This document shows positions 51,293-62,612 of a stretch of 64,000 nucleotides of DNA, in pieces. A program made the position numbers and the translations under genes. The notes below the pieces were generated by a model. The model saw only the letters and a list, made by a program, of their open reading frames with translations. It did not search any database and was not told where the DNA came from. How positions within the stretch are numbered: the stretch's first letter is position 1; each line of letters begins with the position of its first letter. The DNA is from Lama glama. Lineage: Eukaryota. The stretch is taken from assembly GCA_028534125.1 (NCBI GenBank), contig CM052818.1:18416001-18480000 (forward strand), read 5' to 3'.

Positions 51293-53422
51293 GAAGAGAA
51301 AAATGTGGTTTTACTGGGATGACTGTGCACAGTGTAAGTGAATTCTTTACTTTTCCAAAAGGATTTCTTGAACACCATTCCTAATAACAGTATCTGCGGC
51401 CTAAGATGTCCACTGTGGGCCTGGTACTGTTCCAGGTGCTTTACAGAGGTAGGAGGTATGAATCTCAGTTCAGATTCATGCGTGCAAGAAATAATGCACC
51501 TGTTTATTTTCTATAAACTAATTTAATTTTTATTTTAAGCTGTTATCCTCTCAGGATGAGAGGAAACTTCATCTCAGTCATCACCATTGCATGAGATGCC
51601 AAGGTACCACGGTACATGGTACAAGGGCCAGCCTCTGGGCTGGGTCACCTGTGCATCCACTGTCCCAGCTGGCGTGGCCTTTAGGATCCAGCGGCTCCAT
51701 TCATCTTTGAAGGCACACTGGATGGGGCCTGGGTTTCTCTGCTGAGGCAGAAAACTCCAAGTCTCACAGACCTGTGGCCACTATTTTCTGGGGTCCTGCC
51801 AGGAAGTAGGATGCAGGTCCCCACTGCCCAGAGACAGGCAGAACTTCTCAAGAAATCTGGGGGATTGCATTTTAGTCTGAGGAAAGGCTCCCTTTCTGTG
51901 GCTTTTCCTATACACTTTGTGTCTCCCACAATTCCTCTTCACTCTTCTACCTTCTCTGGAAGCTCTACACTCTCTGATAGGCTTCAGTTCTTAAAAACAA
52001 AAGCTGGAGAGTCTCGGAAGGCTCTTTCTCCTTCCTTCCCCACCACCTAGCTCCTCTCGGACACAGCACTGTGCCTTGATGCGTGGGATGCAAGGAGGTA
52101 GAAGGAGAAATCTAGGCAGGAAAAGACATAAGTTAATAGCTCAAAAGACAGCCCAAGTGCACCTGTATTTCTTTAAACTTGAAGACAGCATATGCCCCAC
52201 TCTCACCAATGGGGCTCAGAGCAGTTTAGTAACTTGTCCGAGGCTACACAGCAGGCAAGGCTGTAAATCCTTACCTACCTGGCTCCAAAATCCACTCACC
52301 TAACTAGTCCAGAGATGGCAGACAGATTTTACCTCGTGGGCCCACTCTGACTGGTTGGTATGGTTACCCAGAAGCCATCTTGAGAAGGATTTTGATGTGA
52401 TGACTAGCTCATTGCGAAACAGTGCCATTATTGATGGCCCGTGACTCTGTGAGGACAGAAGGCATGTGTATCTTGTATCCATCTACTGGAAACTAAGTCA
52501 TTTCTTATACACCAATGAAATGAAAATGAAAAATGGTTTGAATTTATAAAAATTAACTTTACACAAAATTACAGGAGCACATCTGTCTTGTGCAATGTAT
52601 CCACAGGGCCAGGAAAAGAACACATCAGGAGGATCTTTATTTTCATTTGATACTCCTTGTATTCAAAAGGTGGAAGAAGGCAGCCATCGTGTTGTGCCTG
52701 CCTGATGTACTTTCCACCAGGGGCAACCCGAGAAATTAGTTTGTCGAACCCACTCTCTTTCTTCCTTCTCACTTCTCCATCCCAGCCCTAAACAATCACC
52801 AAGGAAAGGAGGTCAGCAAAGCTTGCATCATTTCATCACATATTTTCTGACATTCTGCTTTCAGCAGCTCTTAATGTCCTTCCTCTGAGCACTGTAGGTT
52901 TGTTGTTTTTCACTGATTTATGAGAAACTGGGGATCCTTACCAGTTTAATTAAGTAAAAAATTACACTGCTGTATATGCTTGTCAACTTAATTTTCAGGA
53001 TTTTGTCTTGTTTTATGTTGTAAATTTGGGGGACAATTTGTTCCATCTTGAATCAACACTTGAAGGTTTTGTTTTCTTTTTTATTTTTAAAATTTTTTTG
53101 CTCATTTGCTTCCAAGCCCGATATGGACAAAGATGCTTCACATTTTCCCTTGTTTTATAACCTGAACCATCACGTTTACACTTACTTTGCTTTGAAGAAA
53201 AAGGTGAACAGTTTGTATTTTTATTGCAGGAAGTAGATAGAGCATAATACAGACAAGTTCAAAGAATACTCAATAAGGATTCAGTCTGATTCTAGTCTTG
53301 GCTCCTTCAATTTTCTGGATTGCCTTAGACAGCTCTGTGTCTTCTTTTTTCTGTGAAGTGGGTGTAACTGTACTTCACAGGATAGGTGTGAAGCCTATGT
53401 CCACTTTGGAATTTATGGATCC

Positions 53423-53760
53423 TGTGTTAATGTTCTTTGGTTGCAAGCAACAGAAAATTACTCTGGTTAATGTACATGAAAAATCAGAAGGAGCCTGAGA
53501 TCATTTACAAAACTGCAGAAAGAACTGAACTGTTAGTTAGGCTTAGGGAGGACACAAGCCAAAGAAGTACTGGAAACCTCAAGCACAGAACTGGCAGACC
53601 TTCATTCAAGGATATTATCATGGGGTGATTCTGCACTCACAGCCTTCCATCTTCCTGTACCTTGGCTCAAGTCTACAAGCTCCAGGAGAAAGAATGCAAC
53701 TAGCCCAACTTATTCCTCAAATCTATTACTATTTGGAAGCCCAGCCTGGAAGAGTGTAAG
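53423..53760 (-). mobile_element. Old MaLR LTR (MLT1K/L-like)
   Basis: 'ttctttggttgcaagcaacagaaaattactctgg' is a typical antisense MLT1 end. Confidence 0.6.
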
Positions 53761-54015
53761 GGATACAGCAACTGTTAGCAGAAGAAGGGATGGGAGGGAG
53801 GTAGAGAAAGCATAAGAGGCAGGTAAATATAGGTTGCTATCTTGGTCCACAGCTTAGTTACTGCCCAGGACATAAATATACACACATAAACATACAGTTC
53901 TCTAGGTCCAGAGCTTCTGGGAAATTCTGTAATGACCATGTCTCTGTGCCTGCACTTACAGATTAAATAATAAACAATTCCAAATAACTGAGGAAGAAAG
54001 AAAATAAAAGAAAAC

Positions 54016-54103
54016 CTATATATATATATAGCATATAATATTGTATATATGTATATGTACATATATATGTGTGTGTATATATAAAAATATAAATTTATTA
54101 TAT
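54016..54103. repeat. (TA)n-rich low-complexity tract
   Basis: Read directly. Confidence 0.9.
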
Positions 54104-54119
54104 AGTAAGCAAGAAGATG

Positions 54120-54630
54120 CTATAACTTCATCTCCCCAGCTGGCCATAAAACTACACCCAGTGTTTATGGCACATCACCACCTCTAACATCTCCATGTTC
54201 CTCTGAGCTTTTACCAGAACTTCCGACATAACCAGCTGAGGGTCTTTCATGACAGGAAGAGTGACTCTTCTAAGGGATCTTGGCCCTCAGTGGTCTTTCC
54301 TGTTGAGGGATAGAGCATTTACATGTTGACCTTGACCATGTGGCATGGCACAATAAGGGCTTCCTTAGATTGCACTCATTTTTCTTTATATAGTAGCCAC
54401 CTGATTTGACAATCAAGGTGAATCACTCCAGTCAACTCCATCACCACCTTTCCCTATTCCCAAATGGTGTAATAAGCCTAACACAGCCCATCTCAATTTC
54501 CAATTCAATGGACCTATTCCTGCCCCTGATGAGAAAGAATCTCGTATTTGGTTACCAAGATCTCTAAACCAGCAGAAGCCAGATTCGTAGGAACAAGAAC
54601 CAAAACTCAGAAAGTGGGTTCTCAAATAAA
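54120..54630 (-). pseudogene. Decayed ERV-L/MaLR internal region with dUTPase-like remnant
   Basis: Frameshifted minus-strand peptides NPLSEF / LVPTNLASAGLEILV / GPLNWKLR / VMELTGVIHLDCQ follow the order of the ERV-L dUTPase (DPLAKF..VPTTL.SAGLEVLV..PLNWKLR..VTVLAGVIDPDYQ). Confidence 0.75.
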
Positions 54631-54679
54631 ATCATTAGATCCTACCCTCCTCAATGGGTGAACAGCAATGAAGTGTGAG

Positions 54680-55135
54680 AATTAGGCAGTTGAGAGGAAC
54701 AAAACTTCAAATAGCAATGTCTTAAGCAAGGCAGAAGTACATTTCTCTCACATCTAAGTCAAGGTAGGTAGCACAGGGCTAGCAGGGCATTCCACGGCTG
54801 ATATCATGGATATCATGATACTCTATCATGTCCAATAAGCTACTGATGGTCCAATAGATAGTCCTAGTCCAAGCCAGTATGTCTGAATTCTAGTAAAGTG
54901 AAAAGGGAAGAGAAAATTTCCTCCTGGAAGTTTTATGAGTCACTCACATTCCATTTGCCAGAATTTAGTCACCCAGTCCCACTGAACTACAAGGGAGCTA
55001 GAAAATGGAATTTTTACTCTGGACAGCCATGAGCCCTGCAAAAAACAAACAAACAAACAAACAAACAAACAGGAGTTTATTTATCTAGAGGAAAGGGAAA
55101 AAGGATATTTGAAGATAACCAGTGGTCTCTGCCAC
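54680..55135 (-). mobile_element. MLT1J-like MaLR LTR containing an (AAAC)n tract
   Basis: 'tcttaagcaaggcagaagtacatttctctcacat', 'ctcacattccatttgccagaatttagtcac...actacaagggagctagaaaatg', end 'tctctgccac'. Confidence 0.8.
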
Positions 55136-56284
55136 TTAGAGTGAGTGGGAATTACCATTTTTCTCCCATAGGAAAGGGGTGGTGGGGAGTGTCCTAGAGT
55201 AGTATGGAGATTCAAATTCTCCAAATGCCCAAGATCCTCTTGGAGGTTCCCCATCTCAGTTGGTCCCCTTCTCAGTTGCCTAGATTCCACTCCTTCCCAA
55301 ACAATGTTCTAACTAGCCAGAGCAATGCCAACAATGTAAATCCAACTGATCTTTTCATCCAGCAACTGCCTATCTCCGTGTTTCATTTTCAACATTCCCA
55401 ACCTTGCAGAGTTAACAAACAGTAAGAGATTTTTTCATCATGATTGCATAAAAGCTTCAGATTTAATTCTCTGCTTTGTGGTGAGAATTGTGAGATATGA
55501 ACTTGTCAGAAGAGCTGTCAGAGAAACCAGCCTGGCCCCAGACTCAACATTTACCATCCCTATTGCATGAGCCTATGACAGCAGCTATCTTATCCATTCC
55601 CCTCCAGAGCTTCATCCTTAAAGAGCATGTGGTCCCAAGAAAACAGTGTTGACAACTTGAGTAGTTCATTTATTATTTAACAGCATGAGTTATAGTTGCC
55701 ATCCTAAAACAAAGAGAAGGAAAGAGGGCCCCATCTTCGCCCCAAAACGAGTTCCAAGTAGCCTATATATGGTTTGCTTGCAACCCTCTTGCTATTACAA
55801 TTTTAGCATCAGTTAGGGTATTGTAAAGGAGTACTGGGAAGAAATATCCTTTAAGGCTCATCCCACTAACCTCTGTAATCCTCTATCACCCTTAACTGTC
55901 ATTTTCTGACCTCCAAGTCACCTCCTCAATCACTGAAGACTTGGATAGCTGTGGGCCTTCTGAAATAGAGGCAAAATTTTTGTGTTTGTTACATACATAG
56001 TTTCCTTGAGAGAGAGCCTATACTTTTTATTTTCAAGGAACACCATAACTTCCCCAAAGATAGTTAAGAATAATCTTCCTAGATATTAAAATTGCCCTTA
56101 GTGTTTTTCACCTGTGAAATCATACATTTTACAGTCTTACTCTCAGTCCACGGTATCCCATCTTTCCATCTGCTTTCCTTTGTGACTCCACTGATGGCTG
56201 GGTCTGCATCACCTCTTCAAACTTTCACCTTAATCTCCTTCCAACTTAAATTCCATGACCCATCCTTTCAACAACTCCTTACTC

Positions 56285-57200
56285 ATTTGAAAATTCATTC
56301 CATCAATGTTTATTAATCATCTACTATTTGTCAGGCACACAAAGGCAATAAAGACTGCCCTAATAGAGAAAACATTCTGAGAGAAAGAAAAAGAAAACAA
56401 GCAAAGAAATAAATAAATTCAAATTAATGATTAGTGCCATGAAAGCAAACAAGAGCTAAGCAAGAAACTATCAAGGAGACCTACTTTAAATAGTGTAGTA
56501 GGCAGAATGTGGCCCCCTCAAATATCTATGTCTTAACACTGAGAACCTCTGAAAGCGTTAGGTTACAGGACTAAGGGGTATTAAGACTGCAGATGGAATT
56601 AACATTGCTAATCAGCTGACTTTAAAGTGGGAAGATTATCCGGAACAACCTGGGTGGGCCCAATGTAATTATAAAGGTCTTAAAGATGGGAGAGGGCATT
56701 TTATAACCAAAAAGATGGCAGCATGAGAAGGACCTAATCCACTGTTTTCAGTTTTGAGATGGAGAAAGAAGTCATGAACCAAGAAATCCAGATAACCTAT
56801 AGAAGTTGCAAAAGGAAAAGGAGTACATTCTCCAGAAGAAACTCAACCCTGCCAAAACCTTGATTTTGGATTTCTGACCTCAAGAACATTAAGATAATAA
56901 ATCTGCAATTATTAAACTCTAATTTTTTGTTGATTTGTTATGGCAGCAATATAAAACTACTACTGATAGAGTGGGTAGTAAAGGCTTTTTACTAAGGAAA
57001 TGACATTTAAAATAGACCTCAAAATGAGTAAAAGCCACAAGATGGAGGAAAAGTGTTCTAAGCAAGGGAAGGGCATGAACAAAAGCCTTGAAGTAAGATA
57101 GAGCTTGACACATTTGCAGAACTGAAAGTAGACCTACATAGCTGAAGTTAAGAGACTGAGGGGGAAAGTTCCATACAATAAGTTTTAAAAAGGTTGGGGC
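56285..57200 (-). mobile_element. L2 interrupted by an MLT1D LTR
   Basis: 'attcattccatcaatgtttattaatcatctactatttgtcaggcac'...'tactttaaatag' | 'agtgggtagtaaaggc...gaaatgacatttaaaatagacc'. Confidence 0.75.
56494..56964 (+). mobile_element. MLT1D-like MaLR solo LTR
   Basis: 'tgtagtaggcagaatgtggccccc...gcagatggaattaacattgctaatcagctgac...ctgggtgggcccaatgtaat...ttgttatggcagcaatataaaacta'; imperfect TSD aatag/gatag. Confidence 0.88.
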
Positions 57201-58161
57201 AAGATCCTTCCCCTGGACACGTAGGTTAGAGTGATTTTTCTAAAACACAAATCTGATGATGTCACTACTCTGTTAAAAAAAAAAATTCCAAGGGTTCCCA
57301 GAGTGCCTCAGGCTGATCCAAATTTCTCAACATGTTTACCACCATCTGGCTTCCTAATCTGGTGCCTGTACTTCTCCACTTATGTTCTAGTCACTTTTAT
57401 GTTCTCAGTGTTTTTTTTTTCTCTTTTCCAGCTTGTTCACTGTTTATCATTGTGTTTAGAACCACTGATATCACCTGGAACAAGCACCACTTGATAAGTG
57501 AATCACCTTTATTATTTGTTTCCCTCTTCTCCTAAGATGTTTATCATCAGAGTTTTTTCCCTTCCACCAGATAAAATCTCTGGCAAGCCCTCTGATTTTT
57601 TTCATCTCTTTTAGAGAACAAGATGTAATTTGGTCACTTTAAGTTGTAAAGTACAGTCTGTTGAGAAAGTAGAATTTATACTCTCATCTATTAATCCATA
57701 TTTCTATCTTCATTTATAGTTAAGGCTCCTTTTCACTTATTCATCAGCTAGAAATGGATAGTAGATAGGCCTCCTGCCCTAGTGGAAGGGCATATGGTTG
57801 GCTTTATGTCCTGTTCTCTCTCTGGAGTAGAAATATTGAGGAAAGAGGATGGGAAAGAACTCAGAAGGTTCTTAATTGACTGGTATGGTCTTAAGATGAT
57901 GTCATGCTCTTACCAAGCTAGTGTTTAAATCTAATTCTTTCTTTGAGAGTGACTTCAGGGTTCTTTCGAGGTTCCCCGGCTGGGATCTGCTGACCTACAA
58001 CTCCAATAATAGAGGCAGTGCCATTGGTTTTTCTGCAGTTGCTTGTTCTCCCTCTACCTCAGGTTTTCTGGTTGTCTTTACCACACAGACCATCTCTTCA
58101 TCACAGATGTCTCCATGCTCTGTAGCCTACTTGAACAGGAGGCAAAATAGCTCCAGGTATG

Positions 58162-58917
58162 AATCACCAAAGAAATTAAAAAGAAATAAAAAATACCTGG
58201 AGACAAATGAAAACTAAAATACAACGAAACTACTCAGCCATAAAAAGAAAAGAATGCCATTTGCAGCAACATGGATGACCTAGAGATCATCATTCTAAGT
58301 GAAGTAAGCCAGAAAGAAAAAGAAAAATATCATAGATCACTTATATGTGGAATCTAAAAAACAGAAAAAAGAAAACACTAATGAACTTATCTACAAAACA
58401 GAAAAAGTAAACTCACAGACAAAGTAAAACAATCTTATTATGGTTACCAGGGGAAAGTGAGTGGGAAGGAAAAATTTTGGGGTTCAAGATTTGCAAATAT
58501 TAACTACTATACATAAAAATAAATTAAAAAACAAGTTTCATACACTGTATAGCACAGGGAAATATACACAAAATGTTATGATAAATCACAGAGAAAAAAA
58601 TGTGACAATGAGTGTGTATATGTCCATGAATGACTGAAAAATTGTGCTGAACACTGGAATTTGACACAACATTGTAAAATGATTATAAATCAATAAAAAA
58701 TGTTAAAAAAAAACAAGTTTCTTCTGTGTAGCATAGGGAACTGTATTCAATATCTTGTAATAACCTTTAATGAAAAAGAATATAAAAATGAATTTATATA
58801 GAATATATATATGAATGACTGGGACATTATGCTGCGTACCAGAAACTGAAACATTGTAATACTTCAATTTTTTAAAAAAAGATATCATAAAACAAGAAAA
58901 TTACAGGCCAATATCAC
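58162..58917 (+). mobile_element. Compound LINE-1 locus: ORF2 scraps flanking a 3' end that contains a younger nested 3' end
   Basis: 58162-58225 encodes KKYLETNEN; 58226-58878 is an L1 3' end; 58880-58917 is 'gaaaattacaggccaatatca' (ENYRPIS). Confidence 0.88.
58540..58707 (+). mobile_element. Young L1 3'-terminal fragment with 14-bp TSD
   Basis: AAAAAACAAGTTTC at 58526-58539 and 58708-58721; TT/AAAA endonuclease site; ends 'ataaatcaataaaaaatgttaaa'. Confidence 0.88.
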
Positions 58918-59111
58918 ATTCCTTTTGCCCTCACAAATTCTGGGAGTGCAGGCCAATCTCAACCCATCCATCCTTGTTCTGCTGCCAAAGAGTTGTGTCC
59001 TCTAGATTCCTAGGACAGGAGTCAAACTCAAATCCATGGTGCCAACCAACTGCAGAGAGCACATGTTAAGCTCTTCAAGTGGTCCCTCTTTCTAGATTTA
59101 AGGTGGCAAGA

Positions 59112-59510
59112 TATAATTACCTAAGTTAATATTAGTTACCTTAACAAATAAACCCACAAATCTCAGTGGCTTAATATAACAGAATTTATAATCATGGGTG
59201 GGAGGAGTGTCTGATGCATAAAGTCATTCAAGGTTCCAGGGTATCTGAGGCTCTGCAATCTTCAAATACTGCTTTCAAGGTTTCCCTGTATATCAATATC
59301 TTGTTAAGAAATGAGGGAAGAGGTTGAGGCGTGTGCAGGGAGGTTTATGTACGCCAGGCTTGAGAATGAATAGTCATACTTCCACCTACTTTTTCACTGG
59401 CCAGAACCCTGCCACATGGTCACACCTAATTGCAAGAGAAATCGGGAAACACAGACTAGTTTGAGCAAGAGGAAAGGAGTTTGGAGTGCAGCTCGCCAGT
59501 CTCTGCCACA
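59112..59510 (-). mobile_element. MLT1I/J-like MaLR LTR
   Basis: 'taacaaataaacccacaaatctcagtggcttaa...ctggccagaacc...cacatggtcacacctaattgcaagag...gtctctgccaca'. Confidence 0.82.
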
Positions 59511-59511
59511 A

Positions 59512-59650
59512 GGGAGTGGTGATCTAGAAAGACCACAGGACTCAGAATCAGGATATCTGATTTCAGTCCCACTACTGACTGTCTGTCTTAGGCAACCAGT
59601 TCACCACTCCCTGAGCCTTGGTTTTCCCAACTGTAACCAGGGGATTACAG
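59512..59650 (+). mobile_element. MIR fragment
   Basis: 'ggactcagaatcaggatatctga...cttaggcaaccagttcaccactccctgagccttggttttccc'. Confidence 0.7.
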
Positions 59651-59869
59651 AATTCTAAGCCCTAGTTCCCTCCTTCTATGGGTCTATGACCCTAAATATC
59701 ATAGTGGTAAATGGGGGAGAGCCAAATCTCAAAGGGCAGCTGTGCCACGGCTGAGGTGAGGGAAGGTATTCTGGTCCTATTGCCATCAGTAGTATCTTTT
59801 TTTCAAAACTGAAGGACACAGCTCTTCTAGGAAGGCACCATATGTGGAAGCTGAGACCAGAAAATCTAA

Positions 59870-60390
59870 AATATGTCTAGAATCTCACCCTTTCTCACCA
59901 TCTTCATCACTATCCATTTCATCTACATCACCTTTTCTGTCACCCTGATTAGTGTGCAAGCTTCCTAACCGGTCTCCCTCTATGTAGCCCCTTTAAAAGT
60001 TTCAAGCTGTTGGATTGCTATTGCATTATTCCAAATGATGCCTATCTCAATTCAATTCAAAGAGCAATTATAGAATACAACATTATTTCTCCTTCCACTC
60101 AAGCTTGGAATATTACCTACTCCCCCTCATTGCAATCTCTGCATACCCCACTCCTTCAACTCACCACCCAAACCATTCCACCCACTCCTTAAAATAATTT
60201 TTGCTCCTGCTCTCCAATCTGACTCTATTTCTCATCCACTTAAGCACTCCTATATCAGAGCCCAGTTATTTGTGTACATCTTATCTTCTCTACTAAACTG
60301 TAAGTTCCCTGAGGGAAGAGATCGTAGATTATACTATTTGCATTTGCACCATGCTAGATGCTGAATTATTTATTGAATGAATGAATGACT
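59870..60390 (+). mobile_element. L2 fragments ending in a (TGAA)n tail
   Basis: 'tctagaatctcaccctttctcacc...cttcctaaccggtctccct' and 'ctactaaactgtaagttccctgagggaagaga...tattgaatgaatgaatga'. Confidence 0.75.
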
Positions 60391-61274
60391 AATGATTGTG
60401 GGGAATTATTAAAAGGCATAAGCAAAGTAGCCCTCTTGGAAATAGCAGTGAGCCCCATTTCAGTTTGGCAAGTGCATTGTTCTGATTGTTTTTCTCGGAG
60501 TCCACTGTAGTTGCACTGAACAATCTGTAGGAAGAACTGTAGGTGTGACTCTTGAGCCAAGGTAATGATTGCACTGGGGTCTGACTCTACTCAGTCTTGC
60601 CCAAGGGCAGTATTAGGAAGCAAGTTAAATGAGAGCTCATATTCTGTCAAATCCTGAGAAAACAGCTGGACGCCTGCCAAATGAGAAATTGCAGCTGGAT
60701 AGTAATTTGCCTCTCTTTCTTGCTTTTAAATGTGAGGCCATGTGCTCTGAAATAAAACAGAGCAGGGAAATGAGAAATCATTTGAAGAATTCAATCAGCG
60801 TGGACAATTGTTATGAAGTCAGACAAAATCAGCCTCTTTCTCCTCAGTAGCAGAAAATTATGAGCTAGTTATATGAATCCATGCTCCAGCCCCCGTTTTC
60901 CTTTGTCCTGTCCGAGTCAACAGCCGTAAGCCAGGGTGTAGCCAGTTAGCTTAGTTGGACAGAGCCTAGAGTCTGTATCATGTCAGCCCTGAGCTTGGTG
61001 CTCCTAGGGGCTCATTAGTTACATATACTTCCATCACATGTTAAGATCATGTCCCCAACCACAGAGGTACAGCATGCCACAGGCACAGACAGGTCCAGGT
61101 GAGACAGAGGATCGGCACAAACCCAGCCTCACCACTAGAGAAGCAGCCCAGATTCAGAGGGTGCATCCTACCAGCGTCGGCAGCACCATCCTAACGGCAC
61201 TGGACACAGTAACCTGTCTGCGGTAGGACTATTGTAAGGATCCATCCAGTCATGTATTCACTAGGCTTACTCAC

Positions 61275-61520
61275 AGAAAAATAACAGCTGTTAGTTCCTG
61301 AGCTTCCTCTCTGGACCATGCACAGGGCTGGAGATTTCACACACATTGTTTCCAGTCTACAAATCAATCCTGGGAAGTAAAAATGGACCCATTTTGCCAA
61401 TGGGGAAACTGAGGCTCTGAGTGGTCCTGCACATGGTCCCAGATCAAACAGCCAGTATGTGGTGGAGCCAACATTCCAGCTGATAAGCAGCTCCAGAGCC
61501 ACGCACTTTACACTTGTGCA
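61275..61520 (-). mobile_element. MIR
   Basis: 'cccattttgccaatggggaaactgaggctctgag...ggtggagcc...ctccagagccacgcacttt'. Confidence 0.85.
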
Positions 61521-62494
61521 TGCTGTCCCCTCATTTTGCTGACTCCACGCTTCCCATTCTGGGTCATGGCATGGCAGAAGGCAGGGCTCTTTTGTATATG
61601 TTATCCTGTTTATTCCTCATAGACCCATGGTAGGTAAAGCGGATTAAAACCCCCACCTTGCAGATCAGGAAAGGTAAGATTATGTGAGAAATGAGAACTA
61701 AGCCCCAGTTATTCATTCTCTAGATCCTGAGCCTCCCTATTGTTAGATGACATGAAAACCTGAGGCATAAGAGTGAAAACTATTTTCATTTTCACAACGA
61801 ATATGTCACATTCACCTATTGGAAAACCTCCCATGGTTTTTCATGGCTGTAGGGTTAAATCTAACCCCATTATTGCATCATATAAGGTCCATCTGAGCTG
61901 GCATCTCCTGCCTCACCAGTCTCCTCTCAGCTCCCTTCCTGCCCCTCCACTCTCGCACGGCTATCTCAAGCCAAAGCAAACTCCTTTCCTTTCTCTGAAG
62001 AAGTCAGGAAGGTGCACATGCTAGCGCTGGCCCAGGCTAGTCCCTCTACCTGGAAAACTCCTCACACTTCCAGACTTCCCCACCTCCACCAGGCAGAGTT
62101 GACGGTTCCTACTCAGCCTTGCCATCACCTCAAATGAGATGGCCCACAGGCAGTGAACTGAGTGGGTGTCCATCTCTGCTCCCAAGACTCCCCACCAGCA
62201 ATGACTGTCTCCTGGGCTCACTGCAAGTGAGAGCTGACGCTGTGACAAAGGGCCACAGAGCACTGCCTGCTCTGGCCACGTGAAATATCACTGAGCTTCA
62301 GGACCCTACTCTCCTCCGCTCTCACTTCTCACCCTGCCCTTCTCACTCCTCTCCGGCATCCCAGGCAAGCTCTCACCTCAACGCCTTTGTTCTTGCTCCT
62401 CCCTTAGTCTAGAGCATCTTCCTCTCAAGCAGTTCACAAGGCTGACTGTCTGAGGCCCTCTCTGAACTCCCTATTAAATTGCTTCCCTTAGCTT

Positions 62495-62612
62495 GGGGAG
62501 GGTATAGCCCAGTGGTAGAGGGCATGCTTAGCATGCATGAGGTCCTGGGTTCAATCCCTAGTACCTCCACTAAAAATAAGTAAATAAACCTAATTACCCC
62601 CCTAGAAAAAAG
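62495..62612 (+). mobile_element. tRNA-Ala-derived camelid SINE (vic-1-like) inserted in an L2
   Basis: 'ggggagggtatagcccagtggtagagggcatgcttagcatgcatgaggtcctgggttcaatccctagtacctcca' + 'aaacctaattacccc'; degenerate TSD attaaattg....cctta at 62473-62490 and 62616-62633. Confidence 0.93.

Noticed and set aside
52713..52727. CTCF-like CCACCAGGGGCA (and ACAGCTGATGGCAC at 42625)
   Set aside because: The first is one base short in the core and the second mismatches a key position; too weak without a PWM scan or ChIP data.
57560..58160. Possible ancient minus-strand L1 fragment
   Set aside because: Too degenerate to support by eye.
62495..62570. tRNA-Ala(AGC)-like sequence (also at 9806 and 34745-34817)
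   Set aside because: Followed by the SINE-specific tail, A-run and TSD, with substitutions in the stems and boxes; these are SINE heads, not tRNA genes.
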